A stretch of DNA of 63,938 nt, counting the filler, from Thelocarpon superellum (taxonomy: Eukaryota), in the NCBI GenBank assembly GCA_026025795.1. It is 7 parts of 7 records of this genome, joined end to end, with 100 filler letters (N's around TTAATTAATTAA, not from the genome) between each part and the next. Parts side by side here need not be neighbours in the genome. Positions count along the whole stretch, not along the records: positions 28,513 to 37,889 come from JAPEUG010000571.1; positions 37,990 to 47,261 come from JAPEUG010000573.1; positions 47,362 to 56,619 come from JAPEUG010000574.1; 4 more parts are not named here. One strand, 5' to 3'. A model generated the notes under the pieces. It saw only the letters and a program-made list of their open reading frames with translations. It was not told where the DNA came from and did not search any database. Shown here piece after piece: positions 37,521 to 50,494 of the stretch. A program made the translations under genes and the position numbers. Positions within the stretch are counted from its first letter, which is position 1, and the number at the start of each line of letters is the position of its first letter.

Positions 37521-37889
37521 CGCTGGTGCCCGTACACGAGAACGTGGTATGGAAAGGACAGTCCTCGTACAAGAATGCATTCGCTACTGGGACCCCCGCG
37601 GCGACACGTCTGTCATCTGAGGTTGGCGCTAAGATAAAAAGAGGTCCTGACTTGGTCTCACCGTGACGCGGGCGTCGCTCGCTACGGGAGATCTGCGATC
37701 CAATGTTTACAGCCAAAGAGCATACTAAACGATCCGAGCCACTGGAGCTGCACATCAGAAAGGGACACAGATTGCCGGTCAACTCCGCCAAAACTTTTAC
37801 ACCGTGACCCCGAAAGACGGCCATGACTGTAGAGAAAGCGGGTCTTTGTGATAGTGCTTCGAGGTAACGCGGTGCCACACTCTCGAAAG

Positions 37890-37989
37890 NNNNNNNNNNN
37901 NNNNNNNNNNNNNNNNNNNNNNNNNNNNNNNNNTTAATTAATTAANNNNNNNNNNNNNNNNNNNNNNNNNNNNNNNNNNNNNNNNNNNN
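37890..37989. other. Artificial contig linker
   Basis: N44-TTAATTAATTAA-N44. Confidence 0.98.
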
Positions 37990-37990
37990 C

Positions 37991-38358
37991 AACCTGCTCG
38001 GCTGCACGGCGAATCCGCTGTGGATGCACGGTCGAAGCACCGTGGTGGCGCCAGGGTACGGGACTTGGGAGATCATTGGGAATTGGGCAACGGCCGACAT
38101 TCCCACAAACTTGGGCGATTCTCGAAATGTCACCAACGGAAACATTGGATCTGGACCTCCTCCGAATCCACCTGCGCAACCTGCGCAGCCCGCCCAGCCC
38201 GCCCAGCCTGCGCAGCCCGCACAGCCCGCACAGGGAGGACAGCCAGTGCCACTGTACGATGCTTTCCCATCGTTGCTTATTCCTGCAGCTGACTTTGTTC
38301 TAGCTTCGTCAATGGCCAGCCCAACCCAGCTCTTCAAAATGGCACGAGGACGAAGTAA
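37991..38358 (+). CDS. C-terminal fragment of an orphan protein with a (PAQ)7 repeat
   Basis: Frame open from the contig start (NLLGCTANPLWMHG...). GTACGA..GCTGAC..TAG intron 38254-38303 gives the ending PLFVNGQPNPALQNGTRTK*. Confidence 0.55.
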
Positions 38359-39181
38359 TTCGAATACTGAAAATGTTGGCAGAACGAATACTGGAATCAC
38401 GAATACCGGAAACGTGCTGCGTTTCTGATCCACGGTGTATTCGGCATCTACACCCGAGAAAGCCTCGAGACTGGGGACATCAATGCACGTGGCGTTTATC
38501 GGGCTTGAGCGTGGAAATCAGTTGCACACCTCACAGAAACTACCATGTACATCTGCATCTATTTGGAGCATAAGACAAGATTCGCAAGACCGTATTTCAA
38601 GCCAACAGAGATGCACCCTCCATCATCATTACTTCTGTCAGGAGATGTTGGAGCGTGTTTGACTTTTTGGAAACATGATGCTGTCGTAGGACCCCTGCCA
38701 TGACGGACGATCAAATACGCCGTGTCCCGGCCTCAAAACGCATTGTTCACGACGTTGTACCCATTGCTGTCCCTTCAGTGCTGAGGTAAGACCGTTGCAG
38801 AGTCTAGATAGATACGAGACATCTATAGACCTGCTACCTGTCGTTGGTCAAGCTGGGTCTCATAGCCGTGACGTGTGTCGCGGAGCGCCTCTGGTTATGT
38901 GAGGCGATGTATGGGAGGGCCTCTAGTAACGTGAGAGGATTCTCCAGAGCACCTCCCGTTATATGATAAGATTCACGGAGTGTCTTCTGTTATCTGATGA
39001 TAAGTGAATAGAAGTGATACAGGAATAATCATGACAGAAGATGGAGTAGCCGGCGTCCATCTCGCACCTCGACCAATAACGCAACATATCAGGATGACGT
39101 AGGTATCGACATTGGGTGTACTTTGGCTTCCACACGTGGATCCATATAGCTCAACTCACCACAGACATACCTCGCGCCAAA

Positions 39182-40485
39182 ATGTATTCCAAATCCAAAC
39201 AAGTAGACCCTGCAATCATCACCGCCCTATCGCTTGATCCCGCGACCAGCTATGTGGTATCGCACGGCACATCTTCATTCAGTCGCACAGCAAAGATCGT
39301 GAGCAGAGAAGGTGGTGAGGACGGAACGGAGAGAATCTTCTTCTTGAAGACTGCACAGGGGGATGAGGCTGCCATCATGTTTGAAGGTAGGTGATCAGGC
39401 ATCACTTTTCCATTAGGTACAGTGCAGGTCAAATGGTTCACCGTGATAGCTTCCTACCGATGCTAACGCCTATCCCGGAAAGGAGAACACACCTCTCTGA
39501 ACGCCATCCACGGCGTCGTACCCTCTCTCTGCCCTGCAGGTCTAGCCTGGGGCGCCCTGGAAGAGAAGCAAGGATGGTGGTACCTCGTGACGGAATTCGT
39601 CGACTTTTCTTCTCTCTCCACGCCTCCTTCTTCCACCCCGCAAACCCTCGCCCGCAAACTAGCACAGCTACACACGACGCCGGCTCCGATCCCGCCCGGC
39701 CACACCAAGCCCATGTTTGGCTTCCCTGTTCCGACCTGCTGCGGCTCGACGGTTCAGGAGAACAGCTTCGAGGAGAGCTGGGCCGTGTTCTTCGCCACGT
39801 CACGACTTGGTGCCATTGGGCGTCTTGCGCGGAAACGGGAGGGTGGAGGAGGGGGAGGGAAAGGTGGAAACGGAGATTCTCTGGAGGACCTGATCCAGCG
39901 CACGGCGGAGAAAGCTGTTCCGAGGCTTTTGGGCCCCGATACATGCACCGGGATGGTTCCGGTGGTCGTGCATGGTGATTTGTGGTCTGGCAATATGGCC
40001 GTGGGACGAGTCGTGGGGCGGGAAGCAGAAGCAGAAGGAGGAGGAGGCGGCGGCGGCGGCGGCGGCGGCGGAGACGTTCACCCCACAGGCCTCATCTACG
40101 ATCCCAGCAGCGTCTACGCGCATCATGAATACGAGCACGGCATCATGCGTCTCTTTGGTGGCTTCGATAGCCCTGCACGCTTTTCATGGGACGAGTATTT
40201 CGCACTGTGTCCGAAGACGAGCCCTGAGGCGGAATACGACGACCGTGTGAGCTTGTATGAGCTGTGCGTCTCCACACACCCTCTCTCTCTTTTCTCCCCT
40301 CCCCTCTCCTCCCCTCTCCTCCCCTCTCCTCTCCTCTCTTCGCCCTTCCAATTCGGGGTCGAAAGACTGATGCTTGGCGTGCCAGATACCACCTCCTGAA
40401 CCACTACGTTCTGTTCGGCGGAGGTGGTAGCTACAGGGGTAGTGCGATGCGAATCATGCGAGCGCTGTGCGAGAAATACGATTGA
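39182..40485 (+). CDS. Fructosamine/ketosamine-3-kinase family protein
   Basis: FFLKT..MFEGE, KLAQLH, FGFPVPTCCG, HGDLWSGN, IYDP..YAHHEYE and LYEL|YHLLNH. Introns about 39388-39482 and 40264-40386. Confidence 0.92.
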
Positions 40486-40613
40486 TACTTTACAAGACAA
40501 GTTAAGACATGGCGTTCATGCGAAATACAGGGTTGATGCAAAGCCAGTGTTTGGCAGGCGGGGAAAGGGGCGAGAGAAATATCTACATTAGCGGTTCTTC
40601 CAATTTAAGTGGT

Positions 40614-40643
40614 AGAAGAAGAAGAAGAAGAAGAAGAAGAAGA
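40614..40643. repeat. (GAA)n microsatellite between the convergent fructosamine kinase and ERG4 genes
   Basis: About 10 GAA copies. Confidence 0.9.
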
Positions 40644-40807
40644 AGGAGGAGGACAAGATGCTGCTTCCCCCCCTCCTGAAGAAGGACATCCTCTGAAAAG
40701 TATAGGTTTCCTCGGCTCTCGGTTTTCTCTCTTCCTCGTCTCCTGGACGACACCTTCCTCTTCTCTTCGTGTCACCCTTCACCAAGTCATTCCAGCCCAT
40801 GCGTCCG

Positions 40808-42779
40808 CTAGAACACGTACTACGGACAGATCAGTCAGGATATGATATCCTCTCGATAGGTACGGCGCCTAGACTCACCGGGATGAAGAGGTAGGGTACG
40901 CGCTGCGTGTACTCCGTCCACGCGTCGCCATACTTGATCTCACATCGTTGGATGTCTCTCCATGCACGATGGGTGATCATGACGGCGAAGAAGACGGGAT
41001 AGAACCAAGGAAAGGGGCTGTTGAAGCCCGTGATCAGGCCCCACGTGATGGCAAAGTACAGATCGCATGTATAGTGGATCTTCCGCGCGTAGCCGTCTAT
41101 ATCCATCAGATCAGTCAGTGTCAAGCTCTCGTCGGTCATCGCCGTCGCATGTGCATGTGCATCGAGGGGCTCAACGTACACCACCCATCCACCAGGATGG
41201 AGTCGCCCGTCTTGGTCTTGATCGATTTCGGGTTGTGCACGGTTTGCCACGGCAGCTGCGGAAAGGTCTTGCGGTTGATCATGACACCGCGCTCCATCTG
41301 CCGGAATCGGTTCTTCTGACTATTGCACGTGTCCCAGATCCAGTAGACGAGTAGATAGGACACGTAGAGGAGCACCAGGAATGGCTTGGGCCAGGCGTAG
41401 GTCGACGGGGCATGGTTGGCCAGGTAGATGGTGCAGTGGCAGTAGCTGAGCGGGACGCCGGCCATGTTCCAGAAGATCAACATGAAGCCCCACTTCTCAT
41501 AGTACATGTCCCTATTGCTCGCGTCAATCACTCGGCTCGGGAAGGAGAGAGAGAGAGAGCGAAGAAGCCCTACCACGTCGGGACGATGCACTCCTCGCCC
41601 TTGGAGCAGGCGTTGGCATACAGAAAGTGAGCCATGACCAGAAAGCCCACCTCGCCCGACACGTAGCCCAGCTGTTCGTATTGTCGGGCCGCTGCGGCAC
41701 ACGACACCAGGAAGAGAATGTACCAGGGCAGGCGGACCTCAAAGAACATCTTGAAGTCAAACAGGCCAAACATGCGCGGATTCAGCTCCGCCCCCATGAA
41801 GAAGTCGTACAAGACGTATCCCGACATGCGATGTTGCGCCCCGCGGTAGATGGCCGACACGTAGGCGATGATGGAGACGATGAAGCCGCTCAGGATGGAC
41901 ACAGTCATCAACGGGCCGAATTCGTCGAGCAACGTGTAGAGAGGAAAGAGACCGCTGACATGGAGCGCGGCGGTGACGGCCATGGTGACATAAAAGGACC
42001 AGACGCCGGAGCAATAGTACGTCAACTGGGCGCCCCCTTCGTGGGGCAGCGGCTTGCCCTGGATGGTGACGCCGGGGAGGTAGAGGTAGCAGATGACCTC
42101 GAAGACAAGAAAGGTCCAGTAAATGGTCCAGGCCTTGACCGTCGGAAAGGCGCCTTCGTTCACCAGCTCGGCGAGGTGACGCAGAAAATCCGTGCGGCTC
42201 TGGCCCGGCTCCGGCGTCGGCCAGCCTCCGTCGTAGTAGGTGGCTCCGATCCACATGTACCACATCAGGAGGGGAAAGCCGAGCATCATGAGGCTGACGC
42301 CCCAGCTGCCGCCGAAGTCGAAGTGGCCACTGTAGTCGATCTTGGGATCCTTGCCCTCTTCCCAGCCATCGACCAGCTTGCCATTGGTCGCGCCACGGCC
42401 ATTGCCGTTGGCCTTCTTGGCCGACGTGCGCCGCTTCGCCGGAATCTCGACCTCGATCCGGCTGTCCGCCACGGACCTGGAGACCGGAGGAGAATCGGAT
42501 ACGTCCGAGGAGTCGCTGATGGTGGGCGTGTGGGATCGTCTGGCGCGTGATCGGCGGCTTGGGGTTTCGACCGCGTCGAAGTGATCGGTTTTCCTGCAGC
42601 GTGCCGTCAGCAACTGTCGATGAGGTGGTGCGCGGCCGGGTCGACACCACCACACCACAGGGGCCGTGTGCGGAGCGAGATCAGGGGACCATCGAGCGCG
42701 GGCGTGCGCCTCGCGGGCAATCGAGGGGATGTGCGACGTACCTGGGCGTTGCGCCCGTCTGTGAACGCGTCAGGGTCAT
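40808..42779 (-). CDS. ERG4: Delta(24(24(1)))-sterol reductase
   Basis: [60 protein letters not shown] and [10 protein letters not shown]. Multiple introns. Confidence 0.95.
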
Positions 42780-43472
42780 CGCGTCAAGCCAGGTCAAGAA
42801 ACACGGTCGCGTCCGCACGCCGGTCCCGGAGACGGTCGGGGCTGGAGGGAGGTGAAGCAACGGTCAGCGACGCGGAGGCCAATGGAATGGCGCGATGCGG
42901 ACAAGTGAAGGGGCGCTACATCTCAGGGTCTCGCGGTCGAGGATCTGTGGTACAACGCTCGTCGGCGCTGCAGCTCGCTGTTGATGATGGTGTTTTCGGC
43001 GGCAATTTCAGCCAATTGGCCGCGATCTCGCCCGTCCCCCGAGATCTGGTGATGTCACCACGGCCTCGTCTTCTTGTCGTCCCCTCGTTCCTTCGTCCCT
43101 TCTTCGTTTGTCCCATGCACGACCTCGCGTTGGAAACTCATGCTTTGCAGCGTAGCAGTACGTGTCATTGGCCTGTCAGGTGCCCCGACCGGTGTAGCCC
43201 CCATGTGCCATGCTCGACCAAGCTTGACCATGGCCTCGTCGGTCCCTCTCTCGTAGCATTCCTAGACGATCTATGTACAGCGTCACCAAACGGCACAAGC
43301 AGGATCCATCCGACATGCGCCCCCATTCACGCCGCGTCCCCGGTGCCTCTTCCTGGGCCGCGTGCGCCACCGCCGTGAGCACGACGAATATGCCGAGAGC
43401 GCGACCGGCCCATGCCTACGCCCATGCCCGCGCCGCCAACGCCGCGCCCGACCGCGCACGGGTGCCTCGCCA

Positions 43473-46400
43473 TTAGATTCTCTGGTAGAAGAGGAGGTAC
43501 GCCACCTTGTTGTCCTTGACCGATGCCTTTTCGCCGGATCGGCCCGATTCCGTCGCACGCGAGGGCGTAGGTGTGGCCGTGGTGTTGCCGTTGACCGCCC
43601 CGGCCCAAGTCTTCTTCCACGGCTCCGCGGCGCTGGTGCTGACGCCGTTGACCTGGCTCCACCCGGGCTCATCCCGACTACTGGGCCCGTCCGCCCCTGC
43701 ATCGCGGTCGTGGCCACCCTCGCCCTCGTCGGCGGGCGCACCATGCGGGCCGTTGTGGCTGTAGCTGAGCTCACGGCCCCCACTGCCCGCTTCCGCCACG
43801 TCCTCGCTGCGCACACGCTGGATCGCTGTGTCGTCGAGGCGGATCCACTCGCGGCCATCTTGACGGCGCACGTCCACGGTGTAGTGGCCGCCGCTCGCGT
43901 TCTTACCGTGGTGATACACCACCCCAATCAGGCGATACGTGGGCAGGCCGCCGTGCAGGCTCAGCCCCGCCCGGCGCGAGGGCGGAAAGGCCTCCTTGGG
44001 TATGTCCAATTGCAGAGGATACCCCACCTTCTTCCAGATCTTCTGCGTGCCGCCCGCGTTGTCGTATTGGAAGCGCTTCAGGTGCAGGATGAGCACGGGC
44101 GGCAGGGTGTCGATGAAGACTTGCTTCGTCGCCGTCGCGCCCGGCCCACGCGGCGAGTGGAAGTCGCCGTGCAGCGTCTCGGACCGCGTGAGCCCCTTCA
44201 GCGCGTCGGTGATGTTGCTGATCTGCGGCGACTGGATGTCGAGCTGAAGCGGTTGGTAGGGCTCCAGCGTGACCGAGTTTTTGAGTCCCGGCACCCGCAG
44301 CTCCGATCGGAGCTTGCCCCCAAAGATCTTCGTCACAGGTGACTCGGTCGCGATGGTCCCCGAGGACCGTGTCACTGCCGCCTTCTGCTTCGGCCCTACC
44401 TCGAACCAGCCGCCGTCGCCGTTGAGGCCGCTCGCCTCCGCCACAGCAGCGGGGCTCGACGTGCCCGACATGGATCCGGATCCGGATCCGGATCCGGGCC
44501 CGGACGGCCCGTGCCCCTTGAGCACCTGCACACATTCATCATGCAAGCCCTCGAGCAGAAAGCCCAAGAATTCCTCCGCGTCTTGTTGGTGTCCGCGCTG
44601 TGCGTCGGTTGAGTCAGCCCACGATCGCTAGACCCGTACGCTGCGTGCAACGAGGGAAAGGGAGCGATACGTACCCGCATCGACGCAAACCGGGGCATCC
44701 GGCGAATCACCTCGTACACGAATTCGGGGGTGAAGGGCTCGCCATACTGCTCCAACTCGGCATCCTTGAGACGTAGCCGCAATTGTTCCGCCGAGACGGC
44801 CGAGTCGATGACGGGGAATTCGCGCATGAACATGATCCTGTTCACCGCACCACATCAGCCTCCCGGCGCCCGCTCATCGTCTGGTACGTAGGACACTTAC
44901 ATGGCGTCGAGCAACGGCGTGTCGCTTTTGAAGCTATGTGGCGCTTGCTTCGCGATGGTGTCCAAGAAAGCGTAAAAGGGTTGACAGAAGACGAGCACTT
45001 GCAGGACCTAGGCGACACATTAGCTGAAGTACCGCCGGCAGAGAGGTCCTTAGTGGGCGCACGGAGTTCATATAACACATGTTCCCGGTATTTACCAATC
45101 CTCGTGGCTCGAGGAAGGCCATCTTTCGCGTCTCGTCCGCGCCACGGTCGACGGCGAAGGATGTGAGCACCTCCGTCAGCGTCGTGGCCTTGGCGTCCTT
45201 AAGGCCGCCGGCGCTTGCAGTGCCGTTGATCGATCCGCCGGCGTCCGCGGTGGGAGTTTGGGGCACATTCGATCGGACCAAGTCGGCCCAGGACTTGGGC
45301 GCGGCCTTGACCGGGGGCGACGATGGCTTGGGCGTCCGATCCGAGGATGGGGATGCCGGCACAGGCACACCGTCGGGCGGCGGTCGCGAAGTATTTGCCG
45401 CGTCAGCCGTGGGAGATAGAACATGTTCCGACGGCAACGTGTGAAATTCCGGCGAGCGACCCTCTCGCGGGGCACTGCCCGCGACCACGTGAGGTACGAC
45501 GGCGGTTAGGGGAATTGCCGGGAGGATGGGGCGTGACGTGGCTTTGGCGGTCGTTGGCGCCGCTTGCGACGCGGTGGTGGTGGGTGGGAGTGCGGACGAC
45601 GGGGTAGTGGGGTGGGTCGAATCCGCTTCCGAAGGAGGGTGGGAGGTGAGTGGTGTCTCGGATCGGGAGCCAGTCGTTGCTGTCGCCGTCGACTGCACTG
45701 CCACAGAGGGGGCGTCGCACTGAGGGGGCGCCGAGCGTTCTCGCGACGAGGGTAGCTCCACCGATACAGCTGAAGGTTCGGGGGCGGCGCGTCGTCGCCT
45801 CCGCCGCGGGGCGCGTGGAGGAAAGGCTTCATCGGGGACAGAATACCAGGGCAACTAAGAAGAGTCAGCGGACAAGCATTCCGATTGGGGGAGGGCTCTC
45901 GACGCACCGGCGGCTCAAACGTCACTGGTGGCACGAGAGGAGGGGTGGGGACGCGAAGTGACGGGGTTGAGTTGCTCTGGGGCGGTGTCGACACGTTGAG
46001 CGACGTGGTCGACGCGGTGGGAGAGACAAGGGGCTGCGATTGGGCCGCGGACGACGAGGGCAGCGGCGCTGGTGGTGCTGTCTGCACCGGTACTGGCACT
46101 GGCACTGGCGGCGGCGCTTGGTGCGGCAGCTGTCGCGGCAACGCCGCTGGCGGAGGTGGCGGCGGCGGCGCTGACGCTTGTGTCTGAGGGTAGGAAGAGG
46201 AGACGATCAAGGGCGCGTTAGCATACGGGTGAACGGGCGGTAGCGGATACTGTGGATACGGAGGGCCCCAAGGTCGATATTGATGGGGCGGATAGGCATG
46301 GGGGTGCCCGTGCCCGTGTCCGTGCCCGTGGGGAGGCGGAGGCGGCGGCTGATAGTGTACGGGATCCGACGGCGGATGGGACATCTGGGGAGGGTGTGGC

Positions 46401-46492
46401 GGTCGATTGTAGTACTCATTGGGTCGTCGCCCCGGACGCAGGGGGATGGCCGGGAGCACATGAGGCACGGCCGGCAGCTGATGGTTCATCAT
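43473..46492 (-). CDS. UBP3: Ubiquitin-specific protease Ubp3/USP10
   Basis: APKSWADL, Cys box PRGLVNTGNMCYMNS|VLQ, GHQQDAEEF, LHLKRF and His box YHHG..ASGGHY. Pro-rich N-terminus; four introns. Confidence 0.92.
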
Positions 46493-47148
46493 GCCGGCTG
46501 GACGACGTCGTCCAGGCCGGTCGCCGCCGGGCCACAGGTGGCGGATGTGTCGACGGCGTGGATCGTGCGATGGCGGTCCAGGTATGCACAGCTGTCAAGG
46601 GGTATGAGTAAGCCGTGCAGGCAGATGGCAGGCCTCAGCGGCACCCAAATAGGACGGGCAAGGGCGGACGACGACGCCGACGAGATGGTGGACGATCGAG
46701 GTCGCACCACCAGAGCCGGTGCGCGTTGCAGAAGATGCCGCGCGACGCCGGCTGATGGCGACAGCTGGACAGCAGGAGCGCAGACAGGACAACTCTTTAC
46801 AGTCGATGCCCCCGAATGAGGTCGGAGGCAGGAGGGGAAGGAATCATGATTTCCCACGAATGGCACGAAGGTTGGTCGGACTAGTCGTCCAGCGTGAACA
46901 TCTGGACGAAGCCAGTAAAGTTGGGTTACGGTGGTTAGTTGCAAAGTTACTCGTACCCGCCTTACCAGGAGGTCGACGCTACTACGTGGGCCTCTACCTG
47001 GCCGAACGACCCTGACCTCAAGTGCCGTAGGCCTAGAGTACGAGCGCTCGTCCTTCTACAGCCGCAGCTCTGAGTACCAGTACTCGTCCTGGCAGTACCA
47101 GCAGCACTGCTACCACCAGGTTCCCTGTACAGAATACTAACAGTATCC

Positions 47149-47218
47149 ACCTAGAAACCGGCCACACCTAGAAACCGGCTACCTCTGGGTAACCTCCACC
47201 CACTTCTGGGTAACCTCA
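47149..47218. repeat. Two pairs of short direct repeats near the contig end
   Basis: CACCTAGAAACCGG twice and TCTGGGTAACCTC twice. Confidence 0.7.
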
Positions 47219-47261
47219 GATGTCCTACCACATCTAAATGACAACAACCAACTTTTATTCT

Positions 47262-47361
47262 NNNNNNNNNNNNNNNNNNNNNNNNNNNNNNNNNNNNNNN
47301 NNNNNTTAATTAATTAANNNNNNNNNNNNNNNNNNNNNNNNNNNNNNNNNNNNNNNNNNNN
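47262..47361. other. Artificial contig linker
   Basis: N44-TTAATTAATTAA-N44. Confidence 0.98.
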
Positions 47362-47408
47362 GGTCCATCATCACCATCCACCTCCCTCCTGCTTCTCCCC
47401 CTCTCTCC

Positions 47409-49251
47409 TTACAGCTTCCGCTTGTTGTAGCGAAAGCCACGAGCGCCTTGGGCCACGCTGCCCCCGCCGGAATTGCGAGACATGGTGGCGGCAGGGAGCT
47501 TGTCGTCCGAGTGCATAGAAGCGACGGCCTACGAACCCGCGAGGTTTAGTCAAACGAAGATGGCTTCCTCCGCTGCGTAGGTAGACAGGGAAAATGGTAG
47601 ACGTACGAATGAGTCCGTGTTGTGAGCAAAGTACACGTAGATCCCGTCTTTGGTCTTCTTGGCTGCCAGGATCCCAATCGCTGCCGTGGATGGACTCTGC
47701 CGCACGCTTGGATGATCTAGAGCCACCGAGTCAGTATGGCCGGCGCCGAGGTAGGAGACATCACGACCGACCCATGAAATCTTTCAGAATCACCCCCTCA
47801 AGGACTTCGCTGTCGTTCACGTTCTCAATCTTCCCTCCAGCCGTCTTGCGCGCGGAGTGGTAGAGACGATCGGCAAACGTCCCGGCAGCCATAGTGGTGG
47901 CCATGTGCTCGCCCGTACCACTGCACACCGCTGCCACCGTCGTCTTGCGGCGATCGTTGGGATCTTCAGGAATCACCACGGTCCCGATGCCGACCAGCGC
48001 CGCCGGCCCCACGCGTCCACGATGCTTCATGCCGATCCCGCCAGACGAGGACCCTGCCGCAATGCGGCCCTGGCAGTCGACCGCGATGGCTCCAACCGTG
48101 TCCGTGATGTCGTCTTGGCGACGCTTATCAGTCTTCGTATCGTGCGAGGGTGGTGAGTCCGAAGCTCCGTCATAGCTTGCTACCTCAGGTTCTTGCGGCC
48201 CCGATCCGTCCGCTTCGATAATGTAAGGTCGAGCGACGTATGGTGGGTATCGAGGACGTGCACGCACGGCTGGGACAGCACCGGGCGCACGCTGGCCCGC
48301 CGCCGTGTCGAGGCCCACGCTCCCACCCGCTGCCTCGGCCGTGTGGACCACATCCACAGTGAACATGCTCAAAGGTGGGATGGCCAATCCGGGAGGGACC
48401 GCGGGGGGCAAGTCGGGCGAGTAGACGGGGTTGAGGGGGATAGCGTTGTGCATATCTCGAACGTGATTGGCACGGCTAGTCTGTCGAGCACGCTCCTCGT
48501 AGTCGATGAGAACCTCCGGAACGATGTCGGTAAAGATACCGGCCCCCGCCGAGTCTTCGATCGTCGCCGCCTCGACACGGCGGAGCTCTTGCTTCCAGTT
48601 GATCCAGCGCTCGCGCGCGCTCGGCGTGATGAGTGCGTCGTGCGGCAGGATGGGCATGTGATGCAGCTCGGCGTAATCACGCGCGCCGTCGCCCACCAGG
48701 AGATTGGGTGGCACGCGGCGGAGCGTCATAGCCTTGCGCGAGTTGACCAGGATGATGCGGGCCAAGGAGATGGGGTTGCGAATCTCTGCTTCCTTGTCAG
48801 ATCACCTCTCCCTTGGCCGATGAAGGGGCCAACACGTACGGCAAACCGCGCCAACGGCTCCGCTACGGCCATGTTCGTCCACGACGGTGGCATCACACTC
48901 GACCACTCCGTCCATGCACAGGTTGCTCCCATACCCGGCGTTGGTGATCCTCCGGTCTTCCAACACTTTGATGGCAATCTCGACGGCATCGACGGCGCTG
49001 CAGCCGGTACGGAGCATGCGCATGGCCAAGAGGGCGGCACTAGAATCGTCAGTGATGGCGGCAGCAAGACGGAGCCCACGGTGCCACGGGACCAAAACCT
49101 ACTCGCTACAGGCCTGGAGATGGTTCATCTCGTTCTCGCGGCTGTGGTAGCCTGCGCCCGCGTGAACGAAGATGGCACACAGATCATTGCCTTTGCCTTT
49201 GGGAGATCGCGAGAACATCCCGGCGGCGTTTCGAGTCGTGTCGCGATCCAT
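47409..49251 (-). CDS. Taspase1-like threonine aspartase (asparaginase-2 / Ntn hydrolase family)
   Basis: IFVHAGAGYH, TNAGYGSNL..DGVVECDA, autocleavage site D/TVGAIAVD, SSGG..GRVGPAA, SGTGE and AHNTDSF. Start may be 49251 or 49218. Confidence 0.88.
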
Positions 49252-50494
49252 GCAGGGTTGAGCCGGGTGGAGTCTCAGCGATCTGCTACAGAAGGCCAGG
49301 AGGAACTGGAAGACCTTGCGGATGGAGGAACAGGTGTGTGGGAGCGGGTGCCGCCAGGGAGAAAGGGTTGAGGTAACGTGGCATGAGTGCACTAGATTGC
49401 CTGGCCGATGAGAGGGAGCGTGTGAATGAGCATGGGAAGTGTCACCCTGCTTCACCTCCGTGGCACTGGGTCGGACTCGATAAGTCGTCGGGCTCCTTCA
49501 GCCTGAGCCGAATGCCGAGACGTCGTCTAGGCCCGTGTAGTTTCAATCGCCCTCACAGAGCCAGATGGAACGCACATAGATATGCACCGAGAGCGAGAGC
49601 CGTGATGGGTCACATCAAGGGTGCGAATACGGGCAGAGTGAGCATCATCCAAATTCCGTTGCAATCGTCGAATCAGCGACTGCTGTTGGATCTGGACGAG
49701 ATGTGATGGTCGGGAGAGGCAATGGAAGAGGAGTAGAGTGGAGGAACGAATCACGAAGCGATGCCGATGGTTCTCGCCGTCGTTGAGAGAGATGGATCGA
49801 CCGGAGCAAACGATGGGATCACGGTGAGCGAACAGAAAGATTGTAGGTCAAAGGAGCGGCGTGAGAATGAGACGATGCGCACGTCAAGGCACCACCATGA
49901 CACGACGGCCGTGAAACAATCGGTGGTCGCTCAAACGAATGTGAGATTGGAAGTAGGTTAAAGGTGGCAGTAGGACAAGAAAGGAGGGGAGAGCGGAGGA
50001 CGGTAGGGGATGCGCGCGTGGAGCATCAACATGTTGGGCGTTGATGCGCGCCGGGTGATGAAGGAGTCTCAAGGGTCACCAGCTGCAGCATTTTACGATT
50101 GTTGTACCTACCCACTGACCTGGTGAGTGATGCTTGATTCACCACGAGGGTTCCTTCTCTCAAGCATGGCCGTGGGACGCCGTGGGCCGTTGGCGCCTGC
50201 CCCACCCGTGGCGGGAGTCTGGCCTTGTCGCTCGCAAGCGCGTGGCGCGCGTCTTTCAGGCGGCGGTCTTGCACGAAGGGTGGCTGCCGGCTCGACGTAC
50301 GGCATGGTGGGGTATACGTTGGCGGCGGGGAGCCAAGCGGGCAAACCCACACAGCGGCCGCGCGGATCAATGTCCACGTCCGGCCCTGGCTCAGCAGCAG
50401 ATCGATGTCGACGGAGGCAACGCCCGAACACGTTCTCGACGCGACGTAGAGTACTGGGAAGTCTCCGGTGGTGATACGGGAGGATCAACCGAGG

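Noticed and set aside
48193..49371. Long antisense ORFs (e.g. 48193-49371, 52663-53796, 23031-24104, 41627-42550, 43362-44342)
   Set aside because: They are shadow ORFs opposite well-supported genes, as expected from GC-rich codon usage.
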